Positions 26,109 to 42,254 of a stretch of DNA of 64,000 nt are shown here, piece after piece. The notes beneath the pieces are model-generated. The model had not been told where the DNA came from. It saw nothing but the letters and a program-made list of their open reading frames with translations, and did not search any database. Origin of the DNA: the human T2T-CHM13v2.0 reference genome, Homo sapiens; NCBI RefSeq assembly GCF_009914755.1, contig NC_060930.1; one strand, 5' to 3'. Each line of letters opens with the position of its first letter. Position 1 is the first letter of the stretch. The translations under genes were made by a program, and so were the position numbers.

Positions 26109-26673
26109 TTATGCCGATGTTACCAAGCAATCACTGGGCTCACTGCCTGATGCACATAGAGGCCAACACCATGGCATTGGCTTTTGAGAGAAGAAAAGCT
26201 CTATTGCGAGTCAACTGGCAAGGAGAAAGAAGGAAAAGCTCAAGTCTTTCTCTCTAAAAAAACCCGAATTCCTGAAGCCAGTCCCACTGTTGGCTAGCCG
26301 AATCCAGACTGTCATTTGCCAGGCTGGGGGTGTCTCTCAGTCCACCAGAGCACGAAGTGGCCAGAAACAGAAACTGCTGTTTGCTAGGATGGGATGTTTT
26401 TCAGTTCCCCAGAGCACAAAATGGCCAAGGAAAAGGACAGAACTGAAACCAGAGGTGTACTGTGCTTAGTCCAGAGATCCCATTGCTAGATCCAGAGAAT
26501 TACTCTTTTAGCCCACAGGGTGAAGTCCACTTACCACCCTGAAGAAGCGCTGGACAAAATCTCCAGACGGCCACTTCTGCTCTTTCAGGGTAGGTCCGAA
26601 TGACACTCTGGCGGGCTGGACACCAAGCGGGAGGTCCCTGGAAATCACACCCAATGCCTCTCAGGCAATGTGA

Positions 26674-27163
<490 letters not shown>

Positions 27164-27545
27164 TAACAAGGGGGTTTTATTACTTGTGACAAGTAAGGAG
27201 AACACCAGGGATGGTTCCCAAAACTGTCTTGTCAAGCTGGGGGCTGGGGCAGATGCAAAAACATAGGGTAATGAGGTGTGATCTAATTGGATCTTGTAAT
27301 GCAATGATTCCGGGAGCCCCATCTGACTGCCGTGGGCTGAGCCTAGAGCTCAATCTGATTGGATCCTGGATGCCAGGCAATGTCCACTTCTTAATTTTGT
27401 CCCCATTCCTCACTCTAAGCACTTAGGTTCCACCTGTGGTTGCGGGCTTGGTTCATCTGGGCATGCTCAGGTTATGTGACCTTCAACCTGGAGGTCCATG
27501 ACAACTGAAAAACAGATCACAACTTTGGTACATAAAAGTTGAACC

Positions 27546-27863
<318 letters not shown>

Positions 27864-28229
27864 TTACACTGAAGTAGTCCGTGTTAAGTGAGCTAATATT
27901 TGGACTCAGCCCCTTACAGCACTGTAGGGCTGCCAGAAGGCCAAGAGCTGACTTAAAATTTCAAGAGCTGCAGGTGGCCCCAATGAGTGAAATACCTCCT
28001 TGTCATAGAGCTTCAGAGTGAAGTAAGAATCTGAAAAACATTTTACTCACTTATAACCAGCCTTTAGGGGAAATAGAGGGGACATCTTTCAAAAATCATT
28101 ATGAAAACTATGAACTTGCATTTTTTTCCAAAGCAGCAGAAATACTTCATTGACATCTAAATTTATGAATTGTAGGGAACCAATTTCTTTTGCAAATGTT
28201 TTATGCCTATTTCCAAACTGTTTCAAAAG

Positions 28230-29990
28230 CGATAGTTTTTTCTCACTACAAAGTAATATATATGTCCATTATAGAATCCTTAAAAAGAATAAAGAAGAAA
28301 ATGAAAATTGATTTTAATATATTAAAGGTACTTAATTAATTCTACCAAAGATATAATAATTAACATTTTTATATATCCTTCCAGTTTTTTTCTCTGCATA
28401 ATGTATTTTTACCCAATGGGATCACATTGTACATTACTATTTTGAAGGCAGATTTTTTTTCCTCTTAATATACTTGAACCTTTCTTCACAGGAATTCCAT
28501 TTTTAATAGGTGTGTAGTAATCCACTGTATGATCACATCATCATTTGTTTAATAAATCCCGTCTTGTTGACATTGAAGTTGATTCCAGTTTTTAATATTA
28601 ATTAAAAACAATGTTGCACTCAGTATTCATGAAAATTTCCTTAAGTCAAATGCCTAAAAATGCTGTTGCTGGGCCAAAAGATACATACGTTTTTAATGTT
28701 TTGAGATATACAACTAACTTGTTCCCCCTAAGGCTGTATAAATTTATATCTTCACCAAAAGTATATGAGCATGCTTATCCTCACTGTTCTCAACAATACC
28801 AAATATTGTCAAGTAAAATTAACTTTTGACCTCGCTTGTTTGAAATTGGGGGTTGGGGGCAAATCACAAACTTTAAAAAATATATTTACTGATAGCTGTT
28901 ATTTCTTTGTGTGAGTTGCCTGTTCATCTTTTTTGCCCATTTTATCACTGGACTATTTGACTTTTTTCTATTTATTTATTAGAGCTCTTTAAAGATACTA
29001 CCCTTTGTTATATATGTTACAAATATTTTTCTACTTTATCATTTGCATTTTTATGAAGTTTTTTTGACATACAGGTCTTTTATTTTCTATGTGGTCAGAG
29101 TATCAATCTTTTCTTTATGTTGCCAAACTTATGTGACAAGCCAACCTATATAGAAAAAGATTGATAGTCTAACCATATAAAAATTTAAAAACCCGTATGT
29201 CCAAAAACCTTTCCCTACTCCACTCCTCCTAATCAGATAAGTTTATGTATATTTTTCTAGTTCTTACATATTATAATTTTTTACATTTTAGTCTCTGGTA
29301 TGTCTTTGAAGGTGTGGTTTTAACTTCAGGTTCTTCCCTCAAATGATTAGCTGTCTATCCTAATTTTGTTTATTTGTAATAAATAAAATAATAATTAATA
29401 ATAATCCATGCTTTCCCCACTGATTTGAAAGGCTGTATTTATCAGATACTAAGTCTTAGAAAATTTGTCTATTGGGGATCTTCTATTTTGTTTCAGTATT
29501 TTATTTATTCCCGGGCCAATGATTTCCCCTTATTATTTTACTTTTGCAAATATTCTCACGTTTATTCTTCCAGATGAAGTTTAGAATCATTTTGTCAAAT
29601 TTGTCAAAATTTTTCTAAATCATATTGAGATTTCTATTAGCATTGTAATAGATGTATAAAGTAAGTTGGGAAGAAGTGACATATTTAAAATACTGAATCT
29701 TCCACCGCAGGAAGCAGAGTGTCTCTCTGTGGTTTTCAAAACCCCCTTCAAGTCTCTATATTGTTGTATTGTTTTTTTCTTCACACGGAAGCTACCTACC
29801 ATTTTTTTGTTAGCTTTATTTCTAGAGTTTTGTGGTTATATTTTTCTGTTTCAAAGGAGACATTGTCTTCTTTGTAGTTTCCAACTGTTTGTGTCATTAA
29901 ATATATAAAAATACTTTTAAAGCTTGTATATATATTGGTTTATATTTGTTAACCTTAATGAAGATTTTTATTCATTTTATCCAATCTGTG
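28230..29990 (-). mobile_element. Highly decayed L1M(E)-type LINE relic
   Basis: AT-rich, with L1-like antisense motifs (TTTTTTGCCCATTTT, TCTTCCAGATGAAGTTTAGAATCATTTTGTCAAATT). Confidence 0.55.
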
Positions 29991-30745
29991 TTGATTAGAG
30001 GCAAAAAAGAAAAGAGCTTAGGACCATAATAGATGGGCATTTTTATTCTTTAAAGTATAGTGTACTTATAAATAGCATCCCCTGCTTCTGTACTGGTAAT
30101 CCTAATTCTCTTTTCTTCAATGCTAAAGATAAAATCTTGCACCAGTCCGGTGTAGAATGAGTGATAAACCAGCCCTTGCATTCAGGTCTTTTGCTAATGC
30201 TCTCAATATTAATGCCACTCAAACTTCAATAAAAGCCTGTCTGATTTTCCTGGTGATAATGGTGAAGCCTGGCCCTGCCATAGCGTGGTATCCAGTGTCC
30301 ACTTTTTACCTTTGTTCTTGTCTACTTGTCTTACAATAATGCAAACACTGACAACCCAAATTGATCTCTATCACTGTACAATATTTACCCATTTCTGACA
30401 ATGCAGAAATTATGTACCACAAAGTGGAAACACACAAATATTTCTAGCTTTGGCTTTCAGTGGAAGAACTGATCTTCACTTACGCAGCACAGCGGTTTTG
30501 TGTATATACTCAGAGAACTTTGACACAATTTGAGGGAAATTAAAACTTTGCAAGGACAAAGCCACTTTCTTTTCCTTTCAAGGGCAAGGCTTTGGCATCC
30601 ATGTGGAAAAAAATAGTATGGAAAATATAAGGTAGTCATTAATTTTCATTTTGTTATGAGCATGTATTGGATTAACTCAGTTAAACTAAAAAGGTCGCAG
30701 CTACTAAACACTTTCTTTTTATTGTTTTTAATTGTACTAATTAGT

Positions 30746-30862
30746 GATATATATATGTATATACATACACACACACACACACATATATATATACACACAC
30801 ACACACATATATATACACACACACACACATATATATATATATACACACACACATACATCTAT
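30746..30862. repeat. Compound (TA)n(CA)n microsatellite, four alternating blocks
   Basis: Seen directly in the sequence. Confidence 0.95.
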
Positions 30863-31939
30863 ATTGCCCTTCTGAGTCTGGGCAGCCCCTGAAAAAAGAG
30901 CTTTTGATAGCTGTGAACATCATAGCATCTGACAGTTCAAGGTCTTTGCATGAATTACAATGTCCCTGAACTGCAGGAACTGAGATTGTCATGGTTTAAA
31001 AATGGAGAAGCTGAAGTCTGTTTTCTCCACCAGATCAAAGAATCATACTCTTTACTGGGGCCATTCTATGTTTCCATTTTCTGGAACTTATATTTTCAAA
31101 ACAATTTGTAGGAATATTTGTGTTTCTATTCATGGAATCATTTTTGAACATTGATGTTTGCCACTCCGCATTCACGTTAAAGTTCAAGCAAATAGCCACT
31201 TCAACTTCATGAGAGCATGCCTATGTGCACGAGAGCATTCCTTGAATGAAACGTACTTTATTAGGGTCTTTCTCACCTAAAATCAGCATGCACTCTAGAC
31301 CACAGCTATTGTCTGTCATGATGTTTTTCAAACTGTGCCTCCTGGAGCCCAGGCAAGGGACAGACATGTTGGGTGTCCCCATAAACCAGAGCTGCTTCAC
31401 TCTCATCTGTTTTGTATACTGAGGTTCTTTGTAAAAGTTTCTTTGAACGGAAACTCACGATGCTATAAATAACAACAAAAACAAACAGTTTAAACACCTG
31501 GCCTGGCTGTTTTACTGGGCAGACCTTCCATAATTAACTAGATAATATCAGCTCTTTGGGTGACGGGAGCATCTTCGTAAGTGGCTTGCATCTTTCTCTT
31601 TTGTCTGTGTTTTTAGCCAGCTGCTTAGATTCCCCAGCTAATGGTACTGAAATGCAGCCTTGGGGTTCAGCTGTTACTTGTATGGTGTACAAACCTGTCT
31701 CTCTCAGCTGTACACAGGGAGCTGTTATAAAAATGCATATTCTTAGCCCCTCCTGCAGATAAGAATCTTCAGGAATGAGGAATCTGTATTTTTTTTTTTT
31801 TTTTTTTTTGAGCCTGCTAGGTAAGTAAACCTTTCGTGAATGGTGCTTGGGGCGGGGACTTCACCAAGCTTAGCTAACTAGTTGGCTGACTTGCTGTTAA
31901 TTTTGTCCTGCCTGCTAATAAGTGTGTGCACCTACGGCA

Positions 31940-32135
31940 AGGCTCCTCAGATTTTCACGTGCATCCAAATCCAAATTCAGGGTGGGAGGGTGTGTGGGGA
32001 ATCTTTGAAAATGCAGATTCTGGCTCAGCAGGGTCGGGGCTGGGAGGAGACGCTGAGATGATTCATTTCTAATAAGCTTCCTGGTGATGCCAATACTGCC
32101 AGTCCATGGCCCACACTTTGAGTAGCAAGACCCTA
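31940..32135. mobile_element. MER5-like hAT MITE(s)
   Basis: GAAAATGCAGATTCTGGCTCAGCAGG...CATTTCTAATAAGCTTCCTGGTGATGC...CCACACTTTGAGTAGCAAG. Confidence 0.65.
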
Positions 32136-32138
32136 GGG

Positions 32139-32357
32139 CAGGGCCTCTCAGCCTCAGCACTCTTGATATCTGGGGCTGGAACGTTCTTTGTTGGGAGGGG
32201 CTGTCCTGCACATTGTAGGACATTTAGCAACACCCCTGGCCACCACCCACTAGGTCCCACTTGTGACACTCCCTCCCACTCATGACAACTACAAACATCT
32301 CTAGATGGTTTCAGATTTCCCCCGGGAGGCAAATCGCCCTGGTTGAGAACCACTGCC
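32139..32357. mobile_element. MER20 hAT-Charlie MITE
   Basis: CAGGGCCTCTCAGCCTCAGCACT...GGTTGAGAACCACTG termini. Confidence 0.75.
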
Positions 32358-32500
32358 CTAGATGATCCCGATCATCAGCCAAGTTTAAGATCTGCCATGA
32401 GTATGATTTGTCTGCACACTTAAATTATTAAAAAATACAGATTCTGGGTTTATCTGGCCTCCCTAGAGTACAAGCCACAATAAGAAAGAGGACTAACCTT

Positions 32501-32706
32501 TTTTTTTATTTTATTATTATTATACTTTAAGTTTTAGGGTACATGTGCACAACGTGCAGGTTTGTTACATATGTATACATGTGCCATGTTGGTGTGCCGC
32601 ACCCATTAACTCATCATTTAGCATTAGGTATATCTCCTAATGCTATCCCTCCCCCCGCCCCCCACCCCACAACAGTCCCCGGTGTGTGATGTTCCCCTTC
32701 ATGGAC
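32501..32706 (-). mobile_element. Young primate L1PA, 5'-truncated (about 200 bp of 3' UTR), with 14-bp TSD
   Basis: TTATACTTTAAGTTTTAGGGTACATGTGCACAACGTGCAGG...; TSD agaggactaacctt (32487-32500) / agaggacttacctt (32707-32720). Confidence 0.92.
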
Positions 32707-32720
32707 AGAGGACTTACCTT

Positions 32721-32796
32721 GTTTACCACTGTATCTACAGCACCTAGAGGACTGTTGGGCATACAGTAGGTGCCTAATAAATATTTGAATGAATGC
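32721..32796. mobile_element. L2 3' end fragment (probable host of the L1PA insertion)
   Basis: GGCATACAGTAGGTGCCTAATAAATATTTGAATGAATG. Confidence 0.65.
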
Positions 32797-34041
32797 ATAA
32801 AGAACCTAGCACTGCATAGCACATGAAACTCATTCTTCGAGGCCACCTGTTTCTGTTCTCTATTAAGTAGACAGAAAAAGGTTTTCTACTAATACTTCCA
32901 TTGGGCTTTTTCCCCCGTCAATTCCTTGTTAAGGCCCTAAGTAGTCAGGTTCTCTTGGGGCTAGAGGGCCTATTTAAAGTTCTTATCCTACAAATGCCTT
33001 CTTCTTGACAAAGTTCTCTCCTCAAGAGATCATCCCACATGCCCTTTGATGACCAAGTCTGGGAAAAGCCCAAATCCTTTGTGTTTTCTAACGAAATTAC
33101 CCCCTACAACTCAAAACCAGCTTCCTGTTCCGAGAAAGGCAAGGATTGTCTGCACTCGCCATCCCCCTTTCTTTCGGCCCCACTCCCCTTTCATCTTTCC
33201 CACCACTTACACCCTCTTGCCAGCTGTTGAGGAGCTCTGGGGACTCCTCTGCAAGTCAGAGCGCGGTCAGGGCTCTCCAACCCTTGCACCGGGTGCACCC
33301 TGTGCTCCCTCCCAGAGCTGGAAAGCATCCACGCCGGTTCCATCTCATTCCATGGGACCAGCATGTACCCAGTGGCAGGCCTTTCATGTCCTGCTCACCT
33401 CACGAGGGCAAGCCCGACAGAATGGTTTGAGCCTAAGTAGAAAAAAATTTGCCCAGCCTCCTGGCCCTGCATGCCTCCAGCAAGGGCAGAGAGACGAACC
33501 ATCTCTATGCGGGACATGCCCCAGGGCCCCTTCTAGATCCCCATCCCTGTCATGTGGGGTAGGCCCCCTGCTGCCCACCCTGGCTCCCTCCTACGCCCTT
33601 CATGAAGGATCCCTCTCCAAGCCCATGCAGCCTTAAATTATTCCAGCTTTGGTCTCTCACAGTGCTTAACCCCATGCCCTTCCCATCTTTGTGCACGTGG
33701 TCCAAGCATTCTGGGCATGATGGGTTAATCCTTCCTGCCAGCTGCGCATCCTGGCTGAGCTTTGTTTCCAGTACTCTCCATCCAGCCCAGAGGAAGCGCA
33801 GCTCAGCCATGGTGCTCTACTCCCAAGGAAGCCCCAGGATGTCCCTGCCAGGGTCCACCCTCCCACATCAGCATTCCCCGTGCCCATGGGCCTTGGTGGG
33901 GAGATGCACGGATGCTATGGGGTCTGTGCTCAAGCATGCTGGGGAACGCTACTCTGTGAGAAACCTCGGGGTCGGGGGGGAAGTTCTTTGCTCTTAGGTT
34001 CCTAGGGCCTCGGCTGTGCTAATGCTCACATCAGCTTCCTA

Positions 34042-34442
<401 letters not shown>

Positions 34443-34925
34443 ATTGGAGCACCCGTGTCATTGCTGAATACTTACCTCCAGCCTAGGCCCTTCCTCTGAG
34501 GTCCAATTCTGCATGTGCCCCTCCCAGATGGTAGTTGCTCATGGTCAATACCACACCCATGACCTCCTCCCACTCCCCTCACCCAGCACCACAGAAACTC
34601 CCCTGGACTGCCCCGGGTTCCCTGCCTGAGCCAGAATCCAAGACTCACCCTGGTCACCTGCCTGGCTCTCATTCATTACGTCCATTCATCATTGGTTTCC
34701 CCATTTTAAAGTTTCTGGAATGTATCTACTTCTCTCCATCACCATGGCCACCACCCTATTTCAAGCTAACATCGTCTCAAGCTTGTATTCCAGATCCCTC
34801 CTAACTGGGCATAGATCCATTCTTTCTTCCCTAGCCGATTTGTCTTTGATACTGCAGTCGATGTGATATGACTTAATTGCCTACCTGATCACTTTACCAC
34901 ACAATACAGAACCCTTCTTGGCCTC

Positions 34926-35390
34926 TGTATTATTCAGTGCTCTCTAGAGAAATACCTGGAGAAACAGAATATATGTATGGGGGGCAGGGAAGAGGCGGGT
35001 TTATTTTAGGAATTGGCTTGTTCCGATTATGGGGTTGGCAAGTCTGGAATCTGCAGGGCAGGCCAGCAGGCTGGAAAGTCAGGTGAGTTGGTGTTGCCAT
35101 CTTGAGCCTGAATCCTGCAGGGCAGCAGGCTGGAAGCAGGCGGGGTTTCTACCGTGAAGTCTTGAGAATTTCTTCTACCTTGGGGGAGCTCAGTATTTGC
35201 TCTGAAGATCAGCACCTGATTGGAGGAGGCCCACCCTCATTAGGGAGAGTAATCTGCTTTACATCAAAGTCTGCTGATTTAAATGTTAATCTCATCTAAA
35301 AAATATCTTCATGGCAACATTTAGACTGGTGGTTGACCGAACAACTGGCACATGGCTGAGCCAAGTTGACACATAAAATTAACAGTCACA
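34926..35390 (-). mobile_element. MLT2-type (ERVL) solo LTR inserted in L2 remnants
   Basis: TGTATTA...AGTTGACACATAAAATTAACAGTCACA; 5-bp TSD gcctc/gcttc; L2-like flanks at about 34450-34920 and 35391-35890. Confidence 0.75.
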
Positions 35391-37546
35391 GCTTCCTTTT
35401 GCACTCAGAATGAAGGCCAACATCCCAGATGTGGCTACAGGGTTCTGTGTGGCCTAGCCCCTGCCTTCCTCCTCTCTCAGATCTCCCGCTTACACTGTGC
35501 TCTGGTCACACAGCCCTCCCTCCATATCCTCAATATAACATCTCCCTCCTGTCCTGGGACCAGGACACAAGCTGCCCCCTGTGCCCGAAGTGCCTGGTTC
35601 CCTGCTCCCAGCGAGTGTGCACACCCCCACACACATTGTCTAGGGAAAGCCTACTCTATCAGCCTCCAGATCCTGGCTCAAATGCTGCTGCTTCTGGGAA
35701 GAGTTCCTGCCCCAGGTGGATTCTCCTGCTCTCTAACTAAAACATACACAGTGTGCAGCAATGCATTTTGTTGTGTGATTATTTAATTAATATATGCCCT
35801 CCAACAGACCGTAAATTCCTTGAAGGCAAGCACCAGCTCCCTTTTGCCCACCAGAGAACCCTCAATGCTCATAGGTGTTGAGTGAATGATTAGGAAAAGG
35901 CAAACTGGGCTGGAACACCATGTTTCTTTCATTCCTTGCAGGACTCACTACTCGGCTGCCTGCGGCCCGCCCTGGCCCTGGCCTCCCCAACCCTTCCATG
36001 TTCCTCGCTCTCTTGCTTCTGACTCGGCAGGCCTTCTTTGCTCCTCCTGTGATGGGTAGGGGACTAAGCAGAGGAGATGCTCCAGGTGCTGCCTGCATGT
36101 GGCTTGGGTTTGAAACTGCCCAAATGAGCCCTTCCTCAGGCATCCATTTCCATCCTTGAAGAAAAATGTTTAAGACAAACGGACATACTAAGGATTTTAA
36201 CTGGAAGAGGAGGACTGGGGGCCTTGCCTTTTCTTGAGTCTTCCTGTGCATATCTGTATATAAGAATTCATAAAGAAAAAGCTGCTGCAATATATTATTA
36301 AGAAAATTTCACATTTTAATTCTCCAGTGGAAACCGAAACAATGTATATAGACAGACCAGAATTTGCTCTACTTTTTTCCCAAACAGTTAAAATAAAAGG
36401 AGTTGACTTGTCTAACATTTAATCATTGTTAATATTTTCCTGTGGGCTTGGAAGTTTACAGACTGTAAGCCCAGAGATTATATTCAATGACTCTTAAAGT
36501 AACCATCTTCTTTCATGATAGGTCAGCCATTCCAAGGTTGGGTAGTTTATGTCCTGAATGTTACAGAGCACGACTAAAATGAGCATTATGAAAATTTAAG
36601 ATGTGTTAGATCCACCAGCTGTGTGTTGGTAGCATCCAACAGCTGTACTCCAGCAAATTCAATAGATATAGTCACAGAGACTTGAGTCTAAAGCAAAGCA
36701 CATTTGCCCTGTGACTTACATCCTAATGCAGAGAGATGCTTCATCTTCATTCTGACTGACTCCTCTTAGCAGAGCTTCCTACCACTCTGGCAGGCATTCT
36801 GTCAGCTGGTTAATGGTCTATGAAACTGAAATCCACCAGGCTATGCCACTGTTCCGAATCCTTCGGTAAGGAAAGAATTTTTTTTTAACTTTTATTTTGG
36901 GTTCAGGGGTACATGTGCAGGTTTCTTATACAGGTAAACCGCGTGTCATGGAGGTTTAGTGTACAGATTATTTCATCACCCAGGTACTACCCCACAGGTA
37001 TTTTTTATGATCTTCTCCCCCATCCCACCCTCCACCCTCAAGTAGGCCCCAGTGTGTGGTGTTCCCCTCTTTGTGTCTGTGTGTTCTCATCATTTAGCTC
37101 CCACTTGTAAGTGAAAACATGTAGTACTTGGCCTTCTGTTCCCACATTAGATTGCTTAGGGTAATGACCTCCAGCTCTATCCATGTTGCTACAGTGAACA
37201 TGATTTCATTCTTTTTTAAGGCTGCATAGTATTCCATGGTGTATATGTACCACATTTTCTTCATCCACTCTACCACTGATGAACATTGAGATTAATTCCA
37301 TGCCTTTGCTATTGTGAATAGTGCTACAGTGAACATACATGTGCATGTGTCCTTATGGTAGAATGATTTATATTTCTTTGGGTATATACCCAAAAATGGG
37401 ATTGCTGGGCTGAATGGTAATTCTATTTTAAGTTCTTTGAGGAATCACCATGCTGCTTTCCACAGTGGCTGAACTAATTTACACTCCCACCAACAGTGTA
37501 TAAGCAGTCCCTTCATTCCCTTTTCTTGGCAACCTCTCCAGCCTCT

Positions 37547-37547
37547 G

Positions 37548-37578
<31 letters not shown>

Positions 37579-37862
37579 GAGACAGAGTTTCACTCTTGTT
37601 GCCTAGGCTGGAGCTCAATGGCATGATCTAGGCTCACTGCAACCTCCACCTCCCAGGTTCAAGTGATTCTCATGCTTCAGCCTCCCAAGTAGCTGGGATT
37701 ACAGGCACCTGGCACCACACCTGGCTAATTTTTGTATTTTTAGTAGAGATGGGGTTTTACCACGTTGGCCAGGATGGTCTCAAACTCCTGAACCTCAGCT
37801 GATCTGCCTGCCTTGGCCTCCCAAAGTGCTGGGATTACAGGCGTGAGCCACAGCAGCCAGCC
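37547..37862 (-). mobile_element. Alu nested in the L1
   Basis: Reverse-complement dimer with (TTTG)n tail. Confidence 0.93.
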
Positions 37863-38561
37863 TGCATCTGTTATTTTTTTACTTTTTAATAATAGCCATT
37901 CTGCTGTGTGAGATGGTATCTCATTGTGGTTTTCATTTGCATTTCTCTAATGATTAATGCTGTTGAGCATTTTTTTCATATGCTTGTTAACCACATGTAT
38001 ATCTTCTTTTGAAAAGTGTCTGTTCATGTCCTTTGCCCACTTTTTAATGGGGTTGTTTTTTTTTCTTGTAAATTCATTTAAGCTCCTTACAGATTATGGA
38101 TATTACAACTTTGTCAGATGCCTAGTTTGCACATATTTTCTCCAATTCTGTAGGTTGTCTGTTTAGTCTGTTGATAGTTTCTTTTCAGTAAAACAACTCT
38201 TAGTTTAATTAGGTCTCATTTGTCAATTTCTGTTTTTGTTGCAATTGCTATTGGTGTCTTCATCATAAATCTTTGCCAGGTCCTATGTCCAGAATGACAT
38301 TTCCTAAGTTATCTCCCAGAGTTTTTATAGTTTTAGGTTTTACATTTAAGTCTTTAATCCATCTTAAGTTGATTTCATATGTGGTGTAAGGAAGGGGCCC
38401 AGTTTCAATCTTCTGTCTATGACTAGCCAGTTAGTCCAGCACCATTTATTGAATAGGGAATCCTTTCCCCCATTGTTTTTGTCAGGTTTGTCAATGATCA
38501 GATGGTTGTAGGTGTGTACCATTATTTCTGGGATCTCTATTCTGTTCCATTGGTCTATGTG

Positions 38562-38938
38562 TGATATGGTTAGGTTTTGTGGCCCCACCCAAATCTCATC
38601 TTGAATTGTAATCCCCATAATCCCCATGTGTCAAGGGCAGGACCAGGTGGAGGTGATTGAATCATGGGGGTGGTTTCCCCTATGCTGTTCTCGTGATAGT
38701 GGGTGAGTCTCACGAGATCTGATGGTTTTATAAGTGGCTGGCATTTCCCCTGCTTGCACTCACTGTGTCCTGCTGCCCTGTGAAGAAGGTGCCTGCTTCT
38801 CTTTGCCTTCCACCATGATTGTAAATTTCCTGAGGCTTTTCCAGTCATGTGGAACTGTGAGTCAATTAAACCTCTTTCCTTTATAAATTACCTAGTCTTG
38901 GTTATTTCTTCCTAGCAGTGTGAGAATGGACTAATACA
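38562..38938 (+). mobile_element. THE1/MST-type MaLR solo LTR nested in the L1
   Basis: TGATATGGTT...CCCAAATCTCATCTTGAATTG...GACTAATACA; TSD atgtg/atggg. Confidence 0.88.
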
Positions 38939-39158
38939 ATGGGTCTGTTTTTATACCAGTACCATGTTGTTTTGGATACAATAGCCTTGTAGTATAGTTT
39001 GAAGTCAGGTAATGTGATGCTTCCAGCTTTGTTCTTTTTGCTTAGGATTGCCTTGGCTATTCTGGCTCTTTTTTAGTTCTATATGAATTTTAAAATAGTT
39101 TTTGAATTTTGTGAAGAATGTCATTGGTACTTTGATAGAAATAGTGTTGAATCTGTAA

Positions 39159-39508
<350 letters not shown>

Positions 39509-41910
39509 AATATTTATTCTTTCTACCCATAAACATGGAATGTTTTTCCATTTGTATGTGTCATCACTGATTTCTGGCAGTGTTTTGTAACTCTTATCGT
39601 AGAAATCTTTCACCTCCCTGGTTTAGCTGTATGCCTAGGTTTTTAATTATTTTTGTGGCAACTGTGAATGGGATTGTGTTCCTGATTTGGCTCTTGGTTT
39701 GGATGTTGTTGGTGTATAGGAATGCTACTGATTTCCATACATTAATTTTATATCCTGAAACTTTGCTGAAGTTGTTTATCAGATCAAGGAGCTTTTGGGC
39801 AGAGACTCTGGGGTTTTCCAGATATAGAATTATGTCATCCGCAAACAGGGAGAGTTTGACTTCCTCCTCTATTCTTATCTGAATGCCTTTTATTTCTTCC
39901 TCCTGACTGCTCTGGACAGGACTTCCAGTACTATGTTGAATAGGAGTGGTAAGAGAGGGCATCCTTGTCTTGTGCCAGCTTTCAAGGCGAATGCTTCTAG
40001 CTTTTGCCCATTCAGTATGATGTCAGCTGTGGGTTTGTCATAGATGGCTCTTGTTATTTTGAAGTATATTCCTTCAATGCCTAGTTTATTGAGGGTTTTT
40101 AACAGGAAGAGATGTTGAATTTTATTCACATCTCTTTTATTTCTGCACCTATTGAGATAATTATGTGGTTTTGGGAAATTTTTTAGTTCTGTTTATGTGA
40201 TTAATCACATTTACTGATCTATGTATGTTGAACCAGCCTTGCATCCCAAGGATAAAGTCTACTTGATCTTGGTGGATTAACTTTTTGATGTGCTGCTAGA
40301 TTCAGTTTATTAGTATTTTCTTGAGGATTTTTGCTTCTATATTCATTTGGGATATTGGCCTGGGGTTTTCTTTTTTTGTTGCATCTCTGCCTGGTTTTGT
40401 ATCAGGATGATGCTGGCCTCAGAATTAGTTGGGGAAGAGTCCCTGCTCATTTTTTTGGAACAGTTTCAGTAGGAATGGTACCAGCTCTTTATATATCTGG
40501 TAGAATTCGGCTGTGAATCCATCTGGTCCTGGGCTTTTCTTGGTTAGTAAGCTTTTTATTACTGCTTAAATTTTGGAACTCATTACTAATCTGTTCAGGG
40601 ATTCAGTTTCTTCCTGGTTCAGTCTTTGGAGATTGTATGTGTCCAGGAATTTATCCATTTCTTCTAGATTTTCTAGTTTGTCTGCATAGAGGTGTTCATA
40701 GTACTGTCTGGGTTTTTTGTGTTTTGTGTGTGTGTGTGTGTGTGTGTTTTTTTCTTTGTATTTCTCTGGGGGTAAGTGGTAATGCCCCCTTTGCCATTTC
40801 TAATTGTGTTAATTTGGATTTCCCTCCTTTTTTTATTAGTCTAGCTAGCAGTCTATCTTATTAATTTTTTCAAAGAACCAACTCCTGGATTTGTTGATGT
40901 TTTATATGTTTTTTGTTTGTTTCTTAATTCCCTTCAGTTCAGCACTGATTCTGGTTATTTCTGTCATCTAGTAGCTTTAGGATTGGTTTTCCCTTGCTTC
41001 TCTAATTCCTCTAGTTATGATGTTAGGTTGTTAATTTGAGATCCTTCTTACTTTTTCATGTGGCCATTTAGTGCTATAAACTTCCATCTGAACACTACCT
41101 TAGCTGTGTCCCAGAGATTCTGGTATGTTGGATCTTTGTTCTCATTAGTTGCAAAGAACTTCTTGATTTCTGCCTTGATTTCATTATTTACCCCAAAGTC
41201 ATTCAGGAACAGGTGTTTAATTTTCAATGTAATCGTATCGTTTTGAGCAATTTTTTTAGTATGGATTTTTTATTTTTCTTGTGCTATGGCTTGAAAGTGT
41301 AGTTGGTATGTTTTTTTTTTTTAATTTGCTGAGGATTGTTTTATGTCTGATTGTGTGGTCAATTTAAGAGTACGTGCTATGTGGCAATCAGAAGAATGTA
41401 TATTCTCTTGTTTTGGGGTAGAGAGTTCTGTAGATGTTTGTGCTAGGTCCATTTGGTCCAGTATTGAATTCAGGTCCTGAATATCTTTGTTAATTTTCTG
41501 CCTCAATGATCTAATACTGTCAGTGGGGTGTTGAGATCTCTCACTATTATTGTGTGGGAGTCTAAGTCTCTTTGTGGGTCTCTAACAGCTTGCTTTATTA
41601 ATCTAGGTGCTCCTGTGTTAATGCATATATATTTAGGATAGTTAGGTCTTCTTATTGAATTGAATGCTTTGCCATTATGTAATGCCCTTCTTTGTCTTTT
41701 TTGATCTCTGTTGGTTTAAAGTCTGTTTTGTCTGAAATTAGGAATAGCAACCCCTGCTTTTATTCTGTTTTCCATTTGCTTGGTAGATTTTTCTCCATCA
41801 CTTCATTTTGAGCCTATGGGTGTCACTGCATGCGAGATGGGTCCCTTGAAGACAGCATACCATTGGGTCATTGGGTCTTGCTTCTTTATCCAGGTTGCCA
41901 TTCTGTGACA

Positions 41911-42254
<344 letters not shown>

